DNA of 64,000 nucleotides from Paraspadella gotoi (taxonomy: Eukaryota > Animalia > Chaetognatha), in the NCBI GenBank assembly GCA_051294375.1, contig CM119265.1, positions 16,374,005 to 16,438,004 of the forward strand. The letters are read 5' to 3'. Shown in pieces: positions 27,217-40,279 of the stretch. Under the pieces are notes generated by a model that did no database searches, had not been told where the DNA came from, and saw only the letters and a list, made by a program, of their open reading frames with translations. Position 1 is the stretch's first letter. Every line of letters begins with the position of its first letter. Position numbers and translations under genes: made by a program.

Positions 27217-27960
27217 TTCCGAAGAGCCTCTGGGCGGATGAGAGGAATCATGATGACTCGATTATTTGGAAAAAACAGTCGATGGCAGAGTTTGGCCTGG
27301 CGTTGAGCTCGATGACAGGGGCTAAGTGGATGGCTTCATCGTTGTACAGGAGTTTCTTAGTTATCTTTTTTATGTTTTTGTTGGTGTCGTCATTAGTTAA
27401 AAACGTGGGTGGAGCAAAACGGATTACGCGCTCGTAATTGATGCAGATTTAACTTGTGGAAAAAAAAAAACCGAGCGAACTGGGGAAAAGCTAAAGAGTG
27501 GAGAATAGGAAGGAAAAAAAATCAGGGTCAGAATTTAAAATTAGATTGTTTGGTTCAAATAGTTAGCAGTGAGACGAATACGCACCGTATCAGAGAAAGA
27601 TGTAGATTGTAGACTACAATGTAGAGGGACTGAGATAAAGCGCTAAAAGCTAAGCGTCCGTCGCTTGTGTATTATTAGCTCCTCTGTTGCGATTTGCATG
27701 GAGCGCGATTCGAATTGTGCACGAAATGCTGAAGTACAAACAAAGTAGCGTCGGGCGATAGGGAGAGAGAGACAGAAAGAGAGAAAGATAGATAGATAAA
27801 GAGAGAGAAAAAGTGCCGAGTAGACATTTTTGTTTATTTCATCTCATAGATTCTTACTTTTAAGCACGAATTAAACAATTTTGGAAAAAAATAACTTGAA
27901 TACCAATTACAAATAGTAATAGTAATTATTCGAAAATTGAATAACCACGGTTCCATTGTA

Positions 27961-28791
27961 TTATGGCTTAGTCTCGCAGAGAACTCCTCCCCACAAACAG
28001 AAGGACGTTTTAAGCCCCCACCGCGCCGCCGACCAATCGAAATAGAGTTGCACGCATTTTCGAAATTTGTAGAGGTCCGGTTGTCCGCCGCTCCAGCGGT
28101 CGTCCGTCTTGTCCACGACTCGTGCGGGTCCGCCCGCCCGCCACTCGAACCGGTCGCCCACTCGATCGAGCGCCACCGCGAATCCGTCCCGGCGGAACCT
28201 CTGCTGCAGGTTGTCGGTGACGCGGCGCCACTTGACTCCGTCTCGGCCTGGCGCGTCGTTGAAGTTAACTTCATGACGAGGAGCATTAAAGGCGAGGGGA
28301 GGTGAAAAGAGAGAAGAGAAAGCGCGGGAAAAGTGAAACAAAAAGGGAATGAGTATTTGTTCTGTTTAATGTTTATGAAACTTAATTATTTCTTGTCAGT
28401 TATTATTCCCTGGAAACAGAAATGAAATCTCGGTAAACTTTATTTGTACATTTATAATTGTTTTTTTATATTAATTATCAAGTTAATCCTAATAAAAATT
28501 TAAAATACAATACTACTAACTGACTGTCCCCTTTGTTTCCTCGACGACACGCCAATCAACTAGGGCGTGGCATATGTCCTCGGCTGACCGCCCGTCGTAG
28601 TCGCCGACGATGACGAAGATGGCGCTGGAATTGTCACGGTGGACCAGCGAGATTCGGTCCGGCAACCACTCTGTCAAGATTGAAAAGAGCTTTGGAAATG
28701 TCTATTATGCAAAATAGAAGTAATTTTATAAGCGGGATAAGCTCAAAAATAAAAGAAAAAAAAATAGTCTTACGTCTCCATTGTTCACCAT
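27961..28791 (-). CDS. Divergent C-type lectin domain protein, 3 exons, no evident signal peptide
   Basis: Last exon: FEWRAG...WSGGQPD...CVQLY....RW....C.....LCE matches the CTLD Trp/Cys pattern with a QPD motif. Upstream exons ~28670-28522 and 28791-28774 have splice signals. Confidence 0.72.
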
Positions 28792-29257
28792 CGACGATTT
28801 GACCTCTTCGGACACTTGGAAAGTTTAAAAATAGTTTTCAAGATTGGTAATTTTTAAATAAAACGAATTTTGAAATTCTTACATTACCTTAAAAAAAATA
28901 ACAATGCGATATTCACAGTTGATCTCATTTTGTGAGTTTTATTCGGTCTTTTCAAGATCACAAGCAAACTGGTAGCTCATTCGCTTTGTTTCGAATGAGA
29001 AAATCCTCACGTTTTCCCTTCAAGCTCGGATTGTTATGTCTTAAAGTAAGAGTACATTTCATAAGTCACAATGTCCACGTTTTGGCTAAGAAAATCATCA
29101 AAAGTAATAAGTAAAGTTTAAAATTAAAAAAAAATCAAACTAAAGTCTGATTACCTCATTACTTTTTCTTTCAAATCTTAATTTAACTATTTTTATTATC
29201 TAGAAGATTCGTGTCAGTTTCCGGGATCTTCGCGAATATTACTGGCACGAAACAAGA

Positions 29258-29356
<99 letters not shown>

Positions 29357-29485
29357 CCTTTAATATCATGCGAGTTGATTTGGGATTTGGTTTGTCGGGA
29401 TGAAAAACATTAGAAAACCCCTGCTCAATTGCTCATCATCAACTTTCTAAAGAATTCTAAGCACCGATTTTAGCACATCATCATC

Positions 29486-30954
29486 ATGAGCGACTTTCAA
29501 GGATACTGGCGCGTGAATGCGTTGGGTCACACGCAGACCGTTCCCCACACACTAAAAGTCTATCCAAAAGTAAAAAAAATCCACGCGACAAAATGTCCTA
29601 AATGGGAAGATGACCACGACAAGCTGCTGCACGACTGCAGGGCGCATCGGGTAAGTCTTCATTTGGCGTGTATGGGTATGCGAGTGAGTACATTCTCCAA
29701 CCATCCACGCAGATCAAGCATCACAACCAGACCTACGCCTACGAAGCGGCCGTCCTCGACCGAGGTCTCGACGCCACGATCTCCACTTTGCGGACGCTGC
29801 ACCGAAAGTCGCCGACGCCGCGGCAGCCCGGCACGGAGAAGCTCCTGTTCGAAGTGGGACGGCGCGGAAGTGGGCGTGGCGAGTTCGAGTGGCCGAGAGA
29901 CGTCGCCGTCGGCGGGGAAGACGGAGACATCTTCGTCGCAGACTCGGGAAATGGGAGGATTCAGGTCCTTTGCGGACGAGACGATCGTCAGTCGTCACGG
30001 TAGTCGTCGTTGTTGTCGTCGTTGTTGTCGTCGACGATATAATTAAGGGTGGTGAAGTATTTGAACCCAATAACTTATAAGAATTAAAGTAATTCTTTCT
30101 CCGATCTGTTTAATAATATCGAACGCCCTAATCAGGTCTTTAACAACCACGGCATCTGGAAAGCATCTTTCGGAACGGCGAAAGAAACCGAAGACGACGC
30201 CGACTCTTCCCGACTCCGACGTCTCCGCCGACCGATGGGCGTGGACATCGGCGTCACCGGTCGCGTCTACGTCGCCGACTACGACGACGGCGCCGTTAAA
30301 ATCTTCTCGGCGTCGGGATCCTTCGGAAGCGCTTTCCGAACTCGCGGACGACCCATCGCCGTCGCCGTCGACGCCGCTGACAACGTAGTCACGTTGACCT
30401 GCGGATCACGAGACGCCGTGGAGATCCACTCGTCCCAGGGCGAACCCTTGCGACGCTTCAGAGTCTGCCGCGATCACGCGGGCGGCGGCGGCTGCGACTG
30501 CGCCCCGCAGCGTCTCGCCGTCCCGCGCGGAAAACCGCAGAAGCTTGAAATTTTCGTCACCGACGCGGCCAACAGTTACATCCGGGTGTTCGACTACGAA
30601 GGACGCCTCCTGCGAAGAGTCTCTCTCGACGATCCCGCATCCGGACTCGCCCTCTCAGTCTCGGGACTCTGTTACGACGACGACGACGAAGACGGCGGCG
30701 CCCTCGTCGTCGTCGACGCCCTCAACCACGCCGTCCACCGCTTCGACGCCTTCGACGGATACGGCGTCGCTCGCGGCACGGTCATCCTGCCAACCGATGA
30801 CTTGGGCGCCGCAGTATCGGTGGTGACGACGCCGGAAGGTCATCTGGCGGTGACGGAACTCGGCGCCAACTCGGAACACTGCTTTAAAGTGTTTCGGTAT
30901 CGAGACTGCGAGTGCCATCGCGTCGTAGAAGAAGGCGAAGGTGACGCCGATTGA
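29486..30954 (+). CDS. NHL-repeat (six-bladed beta-propeller) protein; exons 29486-29650, 29713-29964, 30136-30954
   Basis: GRRGSGRGEFEWPRDVAV...IFVADSGNGRIQ|VF, RPMGVDI...VYVADY, IFVTDAANSYIRVFDYEG: canonical NHL repeats; phase-0 GT-AG introns. Confidence 0.9.
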
Positions 30955-31423
30955 AAAAAAAAAAAATATGGCGACTCCGGATTCGAACGTGGACCCGGAA
31001 ATGAAGATACTTTCACTGTCTCGATATCAAGAAGAAATACAATATCTGAAAGAAAGCAATAAAGAATTTTACTTCGAAAGCATTTTTTTTTTTTCATTAA
31101 CACGCCAACAAAATGTCCAATTTCTTTATTGTCCATTATTCACTGATTCCCGGAGGATGTTACCATAGCAACGGAAAACGCGGTGAGCCCGGCAAGCTTT
31201 AAAGGGACCTTCGGATTTATGAGCGACTTTAATAAACTTTCAGATATTTAGATCTCTCGGGCTGTCAGATAGGACAGGTTCGGATTTAACGCACGATTGT
31301 CTATTATGTCTAACTCAACTGATTAATCTTTTAATTCTAAATGGAAGATCTCCGGCCAATGGAGCGTCCTTGGACGAGCCACTCGGCCGGAATCTCGGTC
31401 ACCCTCACTTCTCCGCCGAGAAT

Positions 31424-33780
31424 CTAAAGGCCCCGCGCCGCCGCGCCGCGACTCACCGCGTCCCCCGCCGCCGATTCCAGACTTTCTCCCTCAGTCGTCT
31501 CCGTAGTCGTCGTCGTCTTGGTCGTCGACAAGAAGTCGTCGTCGTCTTCACGTCGGCCGTTCGATCTTCCCGCCAACCGTCCTCCCCTGATGAGATATCC
31601 TCCTTGGCCGCTCGCGTCCGAACAACCGGCTTCGCTTTCGAAATCGCCTGACACGCCATCTTTTCCGTATTTTTTCGCGCCGCTGCGAATGGAATGGCCG
31701 TGCACTCGGTGGAAGAACTCGGCGACGCCGCCGCCACCGACGCTGCCTCCGACGCTGTAGCAACGAAACTTCGCGGCGGGAGCGAAACGCGTCTCGGCGT
31801 CGTCGACGGATCGATTGGCGCTGGAGGAACCAATTCCTGCGCCGTCGATCGATCCCTCGTTTTCTTGACGAGCGGATCTTCCAACTCGATTCGGCAAAAC
31901 TCTCCTCGATCCTTCGGCCTCTCCGTCGCGCCGGTTGTTATTGTCGTTGTCTCCGTCGTCGCCGGTACCACGCCCACCGGGGCTGACGGTCGCGGCCGGC
32001 GTCACCGCCCGGCGTCGTCGTCTTCTCAGCGCCGGCGCGAGGAGGAGAAAGAGCACGACGATGAAGAGAAGAAAGGTGACGGCGAGGACGACGACGAAGG
32101 CGACGAACCACATACGGGCCTCGCCGGTCGGCGCGCGGACTGGTCCGGACATCCGGGTCTTTTTGTTGACGTCGCCGGAGATGGGGTAAAAGCGGAAAGC
32201 GGCTGTGTGAAGATGGGATTGAAGGGAGAAGGAGTTACTAATCATTTTCTTTGATATCGTTTTTTTTTTGCTTACGATTTTCATCTTTAATCTTCGCGCT
32301 CTTTTCTTTCTCTTCGTTCTCGTTATTTCCTTCCGTCTTTTCCTCTTCTTTCTCTTCCTCCTTCTTTTCCTTTTCTTCTCCCTCCGATCGACTCTCATTT
32401 AATCCGCTCCCATGAATGGCGACATAAGGGACCATTGTCGTCGTCATCGTCGTCGTCGTCGCGTTAGTCGTCGCGTTTGTCGTCGTCGTCGTCGTCGTTT
32501 CCACGTTGCAATCCTCTTCATCGGATCCTCCGTCGAGACAAGAATCAAACTCGTCGCAAACGGCGTCGCTTCTCACGCAGAGTCTCGATCGGCGACACCA
32601 GAATCCATCGAACAGGCGCCGCGGCGTCGAATCGACTGCGAATACTCCGACGCCCGCGTCGAGTCGCATCAACTCGTCGTTGGCGGCGTCCGCCGGATCT
32701 TCGGGAAAAGCGAAACCGTCGAATCTTTTTCGGCGATCAAGACGACGAGCCTCTATCGGTGAAGCTTGAAACGACCGAGACGCTTTCGGGGAGAGGGCAT
32801 CATAGTCTCTCCCGTCTACTTCCATCGATCGGTCAACCTTTGCCTCGCTAATTTCCGTCGTCGCTTCTTCTAGACTCTTAANNNNNNNNNNGGGGAGATG
32901 GCATCGTAGTCTCTCCCGTCTACTTCCATCGATCGGTCAACCTTTGTCTCGCTAANNNNNNNNNNAATCCTCCTTTCCTTCTCTTCGTCCTCTTCCTCCG
33001 GTCCACCTCCTCCTCTTCCCGCCCACCCCGAACGCACGTCTTCTCATCCTCCCCTCTCTTGTGAGCCGACAAACTCAAAGCGGCGCCCTCGATCGGATTG
33101 TGCAGCGCCAAAAACTGAATGACGAGCGCCATGGGCGCCGGTTTCCACGTCCCGTCTTCCCCGACGCGGCCGGCTTCCCGACCTCTGGGCGTGGAAAATG
33201 GAACCAGGAAATTCTCGACGATGTGACCGCAACGCCGGTCGCGCCGATTGCCGATGTTCAACAGCCGATGCGTCCGCGGCTGAATCCCGCAGAAGAAGGG
33301 CCTCTCGCGGCCGATGTTGCCGACGGTGGCGTTGTCGACCAGGCAAAAGGTCAACGTGTTGCCGCAGATGTGACGGTAGCGATCGACGCGGACGGCGACG
33401 GCGTCGAAGGGCGCCTCCGGGATGAAGATGAGGTTGCAGTGGGTCTTCAACTCCATCCCGAACTGAGGGAAGTTGCGCTGGTCCCCGTCGCCGACGAACT
33501 CGGCGTCGAGCAGAAGCCGAGTTGAGCGAAGGGCGCCGAAGGTCCGGGTGTAACTGAACTTCCGGGTGCAATTTTGGGTGGAGAATCGTATGAGAGGGGG
33601 GAGAGGTGAGGGGGAGGGGGCGAGAGCGGGTGGTCGAGAGGAAACGGCGACGGAAGGATCCTTTGACAAAACGATGGGAGTTTTGGAGATGACGGCCTCG
33701 ACGGAGGAGTTGGCGGCAAACGGTGAAGCCGATGTCGCCGCCGCGAGCACAACCAGGAGCCCAATAGGCGACGGCATCAT
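31424..33780 (-). CDS. Type I membrane protein: signal peptide, CUB-like Cys domain, LDL-receptor class A repeat, Thr-rich stalk, TM helix, cytoplasmic tail
   Basis: MMPSPIGLLVVLAAA signal; FWCRRSRLCVRSDAVCDEFDSCLDGGSDEEDC is an LDLa consensus; poly-Thr; TM MWFVAFVVVLAVTFLLFIVVLFLLLAP followed by RRRRR. Small gaps at 32882-32965. Confidence 0.75.
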
Positions 33781-34587
33781 GGGGAAAAGTCTACATCGAT
33801 TCCGTAAAGCTGATACGAGAAGGGTCTTTAATAAATGTTTATTAAATGTTTATAATATAATACTATAAACAGAAAAGTCCATTTTGATAAACTAGCTAAT
33901 TGATAGAAATATCGGTGGCTTAATGTGTTTTTACAAACTTACTTTCTATTGTTCCACAATTTTTTTCAAGCTTTTGTCAGTTTTTAACTTTGGGTATAAG
34001 GAAAATGTAATGAAAGGCTTTATTTAGCACAAAAAGCACAATTAGTAGAACATGTTTGCTGCCCGTTAAATTTGGCTTGTCATGAGGACGCTCTTACGCT
34101 AAACAAGCAGCTAATAATTTTAATCTGGATTTTTATACCTGATTTTCAAAATTGTCTCACTTGTGATGACTTAATAACGTTATGTACATCTCGACCTCCC
34201 AAATATTTTTTCTTCCTACAAGCAATACATTTTAAATAGTCTTTCACAAAAATGGCTAGCTCCTTTCAGGTAGCTCAAACTATCAATGGAAACACGAAGA
34301 ATTAAAACAATACAAATAAGATAATAATTTAAGTTTTATTAAAAACTAGAAAAACGAGCAAACGGAATTAAAAAAAACGCATAACGCCGATCAGGGGACA
34401 AAACGCAGATTTTTTGTTTTGTTTTTTGTTTTGTAAGACACAAAGCAAAAATAGAGAGATAAAAAAAAAGAAAAGGGAAATATTAGCGTAAAAAAATAAA
34501 TGTGGTGTTTTGACTAGACTCTGGCCATGAAATTAATGTTTCGATTAAAAAAAAAATCGTTTTCCAAATCGTCACGCGACGTGGATT

Positions 34588-37500
34588 TCAACCGAGAGGC
34601 GGAAACTGCATCGAGGGCGGCTGCTGCAGCGGCGGAGGCGGCGGCGGCGTATGGTGCTGGCTCAGACTGAGCGGATACGCGTTGGAGAGTTGGATCGACT
34701 GAGTGAAGATGTTCTGCGGCTCGGTCCTCGTCGTCGTCGTCGCCGTCGTCGCCGAATTTCCCCCGGATGTCGTCGTTAGAGTCTTGGATGTTAGAAGAAC
34801 TTTGGAATCGGTTATTTTATTAATTTTTTTAAACTCATTTTTGCAGACTTATGTATGTATGTTTTGTTTGTTTTCTGTACTGAATCAACCTTGTAGCGTT
34901 CGAATAAAACGCTTATTAATTTACAATTAAAATTAGTCTTTTTTTTTTTTAATTTCAAGAACCTTTTTCAAAACGTCTTTGGACTAATTTAAAACTTTTT
35001 TTTCTCACCTGAAGACCGCAGTGACTCGACGGTGGCGCGGACAGAAGGTTGACGTTGTTGGCGCCCATAGACAGAGACGCCGTCGCGTCTGGCGGGAACG
35101 CCCACTTTCGGTTGACGTCAACGGTCGCATCCATCGACGGAAGGGCGGAGATTACGTTGGACGCCATGGGAAAAAATGGCGAGGCCTGTGATAAAGAAAC
35201 TTGGTTACAAATCAATCAATCAATGAAACTTTATCATTCAATCCAATCAATGGTTTTAGGTTTATATTTTTTTCTAATCTTCAATTGTATTATTTCATTC
35301 AGTTCGTTGCGTTTGATTTAGAGACGAAATTATAATATTTTAATGGTTAACAACAAGGACAAATTGTTTTTTCATGAAAACGGACATGTTTCGACTTCAT
35401 CAGTCGAAAAACGTTTTCATGTAGAAAGCATGTCGTTGTTGCTTACCATTAAAATATTATTATTTCGTCTCTAAATCTTTAATTAATTTTTTTAGAGTCT
35501 CTTGAAATAATGTACGCATTAAATCTAAAAATATACATCAAGAAAAATACCAATCATTAAGAGAGTATAAATTAATCAATGAAATATTAAAATCTATGTT
35601 ATAACAAACCTGAAACCCCGGAGTTCCCTGCGCCGAAAAGATAGTGTGGGGAACCAGTTGAGGTTTGAGCATCGGCGTCGCCGACGCCGCCTGCCGTGAA
35701 AGTAGCGCCGTTTGTGGCGGAGGAGGTGGCGTGCCGGGAACGAAGCCGGGAGCCGCGATGGTTGGACAGTAAGGGGTACGGGCGAGTGAAGCGGAGAAGC
35801 GGCGGCGGTCTGCTGCTGCTGAGCTGCTTCGGCGAGGAATCGGCGGAGGGCGACGCTGTGGGGACGACGAACGCGGAAGCGGCTGCGGTGCGGCGGGAAC
35901 AAAGGCGGGCGGCGCTGCTGCCAGAGCGCCCGGCTGCGTGGAGGGAGGGGCGAGGCGGCGGAGCGGGCGTTGAAGAAGACGACGAAGCAGTTGAGGAAGT
36001 GGAGGTCGTCGCCGCCACAACCGCGGAATCGGTCGTCGTTTCGCGAGCCTGAGAAAAAAACGGGGAAAATTATTTTAAATAATGCATTCATACGCATTTT
36101 ATACTTTGAATACAATTATCATAACGCATTTATGAAGGATTTTAAAAACAAATATTGACCTCTGACGCGGTGTTGCAAAACCTTCGTAAAAACGATTCGT
36201 CGTCCATAGGCTCGATCGGGAGATCCACTTTGAAATCCACCTATGATGTTTTAAGAGCTTTAGGATAAAAAAATTTTCATTTTATTTTTATGATCCAACT
36301 TTTTGTACAGGGAAGTCCAGCTCTTATGGGACTAACTTCAAGTGCTTACAGCACAAAAACGGTTTATGATAGAGGAAAAGGAGACTGTTTAAAAACTAGG
36401 TTAAATTATCTTTCCATCGATATCACAAACGTCTGGAAAATCCACAACTACTCTAATTAAAGTTTTTTTCACAACATATCAAAATTCTTCGCGCCGCTTC
36501 TTTACAAATCAAATAAATTATGGCGACTTCTGACTTTTGGCCGGGCAGTTTTTCTGACTGCAATCCCCTGATTAATGAAAATGTAGGACAGAGTCTGAGA
36601 ATCGAAATGTTCCACGCATCCCTCTTTTTTATTTTTATTTTCTGACAGCAGGAATAGTGACAGCAATGATAGCATTCCTTACTGGCGCGGTCGAAAAAGC
36701 ATATGCCGCCTTCTCTCAACCTTTGAAGAAAGTCATGGTTGCCGAAGAGAAATCTTTTTAATTGATTGCGTTATCACTATGATTTTTTACAAATGTACTA
36801 ATTTTTATAAGATTATCTTTTTATTTACCCGTCCAAACGACTTTTTAAAGTTAGTCCCAAAAGAGCTGGACCTCCCTTTACAAAAAATAATTCGCACACA
36901 TTTGAGTAATAAGTAAATAATTGATGACTCATCCTAAATACCTGAACTCCTGAATCCGTTGTCGTCGGCATCGTCGTCGGCATCGTCGTCGTCGTCGTCG
37001 TCGTCCTCTCAGACTCCGCCGTCCCCGCCGATCCGTCCGGCGGCCCAGCGAAACCGATCACCTCCCCGCCGGTCCACGTGAGTTGCCGGCGCCCGTCCGG
37101 CCCGATCTCACGCTTCGGACGCCGCTTCTTAATGACGGTTCCGTCCGCGAGGATGGCCGTGTTGTGGACGCGCTTCTCGTGTCGCTGGAGCTGATGTTTG
37201 AGAGAGAACTTCTTGGAGCAGAAGGAGCAGGCAAAGTTGCGGGTCTTGCAATGGATGGCAATCTGTTGGAGAGTCGGGGTAGGTGTGCAGAGACAGGTAA
37301 AAAACACCAATCGTCTTCCATAACGTTTTTGCTTATTTGGGCTTTTTTAAATTGATTTCGCAATTTATATTATTACCAAAAACGGCCGGACTACTAATAT
37401 ATATTACCAAGTGATATTTTAACCTATGGCTTTCTGTTAAATCCAAATCACCTGATGATTAAGCAAGTGATGCTTTTGCGAAAAGAGTTTTCCGCAAACG

Positions 37501-38885
37501 ACGCAGTGGTGATCCTTCTTCGCCTCGTGAACCGTCTTCTCGTGACGAATCATGTGATGGCGCTCGGAGAAGCCACGGCAGCAGAACGACATCTTGGACG
37601 AAATTGATATTGTAAGTAAATGTATTTTTAAATAAAGCGATTGACTAACTAAGGATTACGTTTAGTACTTTACAACAACTTGATCGACGGACAAAAAACA
37701 CCAAAAAATTAACCAATTTTGATTAGAATAATTAAAACGATTAGTTAAATTATTTTCATAGTTGAATTGGATATAAATTGTTACAAACCAATATATTATC
37801 CAAATTGTTTATATCCCGGAACGGGATTTATTAATTCAGTTTTTATGCAATCGGTTAAATCAAAGTACTTGGCTGGTTATATCCATATTTATATATTAAA
37901 ACCATTTGTTAGAATTACCATTTTATTTGGTAAGATCTCGGAACACGATTAGATTAAAGTTAAAGATCCCCAACCCGCTCTCCACCTGTGCAGCGGTTTG
38001 GAGGGTTTAGCTCGAACGACTTCATTGGACTCCGAGAGGGTGACGGGCACGACGGCGAGGCAAGCCGATTCTGCGTCGTCGGCGGGAGCCTCTGTGAGCG
38101 GCAGATGTTGAAGGAAGACCGGTTGATGGATAAAGAACAAGAAAAAAAGGGTCAGAGAAAATCACTCATTAATAGAGCACCTGTCGAGGGCATTGCATTT
38201 CCCAGGTTCGCCCCACCCATTACAAACCTTCTTTCGGTGGGTGTGCCTGCATCGAGTGGCGCTTAAGGTGATGCCGCTGCGTGAATGACTTGGAGCACAC
38301 CTCGCAGATGTGGGGACGCGGACGAGGCTGTCTGGGCGTCGGCAGCAGGGACGTCTGTTGGAGAATCGTAAATGAAACGAGAATGAGATACTAAGAGTCG
38401 TGGAGGCGGATGGCAGGGAAGAGGGTCTAACCAAGTCGGTCGTGGATGTAATACTGTGCTCTTGAGGGACGGGTTGAAGGTGGGACGTCATGCCGCCCAC
38501 CTCGTTGGGAACGTAAACGACTGTGCGAAGTGGCTCTGACTTCGGAATCTATAGGGACAAAATATATGATCCAGTCAATCAATCAATCTATCAATGAGTA
38601 ATAAAGTCAATCAATTCAATCGATCAACGTGATTAATCCCAAAAAGGCATCTCTCAACTTCTTCAAATCTAAATACAAATTAAACACCAATCAACCAATC
38701 ATTCAAGCAATCACCGCAGCGTTCTGCCGCAGCTTCGGTCGCAGGATTCCATGAATCTTCTCTTCGTGACGAACGACGTGATGTTTAAGCGCGAAGCCTC
38801 GACGACAGATCGAGCAGAAGAAAAGAGATCGGGAAGCCGGACTCTGTGGTCAATTAGGGAGATTGAGAGAGAGAGAGAGAGAGAG

Positions 38886-38938
<53 letters not shown>

Positions 38939-39306
38939 CTGCTTACCTTATTTCTTTCTTTTCCACGCGAATTGGGTAAGCAGATCGTTTCATCCTTTTC
39001 TTTTTCAGTTTTAAAGCCTAAAAAAAAGTGTTGTAACGATAAAACGCGGCATTTAAGAAAATTATTCGTTCTCAGTATACTCCGCATACCACTGGTAACG
39101 GCCAAGAGATTGGGCTTGTGTTCTGTAGTCAAATGCTTGGTCAGATCGCTGATCAACGGAAATCTTTTTTGACAAGTGAAACATGTGAATTCCTGGACGA
39201 GGAAAGAGTCAAGATTAGATGGAAGCCGAAGAGTCACGTTCAATCGGAATCGTGACTTTACCTTGATTTCATTGTCCTGAACGATCATGGTCGTTGTTAT
39301 CTCCAT
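34588..39306 (-). CDS. C2H2 zinc-finger transcription factor, about 12 exons
   Basis: Fingers CFTCQKRFPLISDLTKHLTTEH, HICEVCSKSFTQRHHLKRHSMQAH, SFCCRGFSERHHMIRHEKTVH, HCVVCGKLFSQKHHLLNHQ and FACSFCSKKFSLKHQLQRHEKRVH; Pro/Ala-rich C-terminal exons ending FPPLG-TGA. Confidence 0.88.
35315..35477. mobile_element. 163-bp fold-back palindrome (MITE-like) with hammerhead-ribozyme core sequences at its apex, in a zinc-finger gene intron
   Basis: Arms gatttagagacgaaattataatattttaatggt...catgaaaacg and cgttttcatg...accattaaaatattattatttcgtctctaaatc are near-perfect complements. The centre on the minus strand reads tttcga-CTGATGA-AGTC-GAAAC-AT-GTC. Confidence 0.8.
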
Positions 39307-39667
39307 GTTCACATATTTAACGAAGACGTCAACAACAAACAAAAAAATACTAATCTAAAATCTGGAGAAAAGAAACGCACCGCGTTTGGGTAATTGACAA
39401 AGAGAAATCAATGACAGGCTGACAAATCTCCGCACCAAATTACAAGTTGTCAATCATAAATGACTAGGATAATTAAAAATACCCAGGGAATAATAATTAT
39501 AATCCCAACTTAATTCTAAATGAAGTGTTTAACATAGGAAAAAGACTCACGGTCAATAAAAGATAAAGTTGATAAGTAATAAGTTTAGCCACGCAAATAA
39601 AGTGGACGAGAGAGTTGGTGGATGCGCGACCAGATCGAGATGTGAGACTCCAACTCCGACGCTTCCA

Positions 39668-40279
39668 TCAATTGAGCATCGTCTGTCTGTCGAACACCGC
39701 GTGACGCTGCTCCTGCACCTGCTGCTTCCACTTGTCCTGCTGCTGTCCGACTCGCGAGAGCACAGTCTTGGCGGCATCAGGCCTTCGACGGGCGAGCGGA
39801 ACGCCGTCGCCGCCACGGGCTCCGGCTTCAGCCGCGGCCGCCGCAGCCGCGGCCGCCGCCTCCCTATCCGCCGCCGCCGACTCGTCGACGTCCTCGTCCC
39901 GCTGCTCGGCGTAAGAGGCGGACTTACGTCCCATGAGCGGGTCCAGACAGAGCAAGAAGATCATGTAGACGACGAGCATAGAGACGACGCAGATGATGAT
40001 GATGATGACCACTTGAATGGTCTTCGTATTGCGGGTCTCGTAGCGGCACTCGCAGCGTGGGCAAAATAGCTTGACCTTGTCGGCCGGGGGTTTGACCACT
40101 TTCTCGCAGTTGCACTCGTTGGGCTGCACCGGCTCGATGTAGACCATACGGCCGGTGGGCGTGGCGTTGACCACCTCCAACGACGGGCAGATGCATTTGC
40201 AACGAAAGTCTTCGAATCGGGCCGTCGACGAAGACAAGCTGGCCAAGAAGACGGCCGCGAAAATGGCGAGACGAAGCAT
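39668..40279 (-). CDS. TMEM9: TMEM9/TMEM9B family protein, intronless CDS
   Basis: Signal peptide, FEDFRCKCICP, CNC, CPRCECRYETRN, TM helix, LLCLDPL and C-terminal QQDKWKQQVQEQRHAVFDRQTMLN: diagnostic of TMEM9. Confidence 0.96.
   Translation of the reverse strand: MLRLAIFAAVFLASLSSSTARFEDFRCKCICPSLEVVNATPTGRMVYIEPVQPNECNCEKVVKPPADKVKLFCPRCECRYETRNTKTIQVVIIIIICVVSMLVVYMIFLLCLDPLMGRKSASYAEQRDEDVDESAAADREAAAAAAAAAAEAGARGGDGVPLARRRPDAAKTVLSRVGQQQDKWKQQVQEQRHAVFDRQTMLN

Noticed and set aside
32801-32955. ~50-bp direct repeat in the LDLa gene
   Set aside because: The copies flank 10-N gaps; overlapping contig ends.
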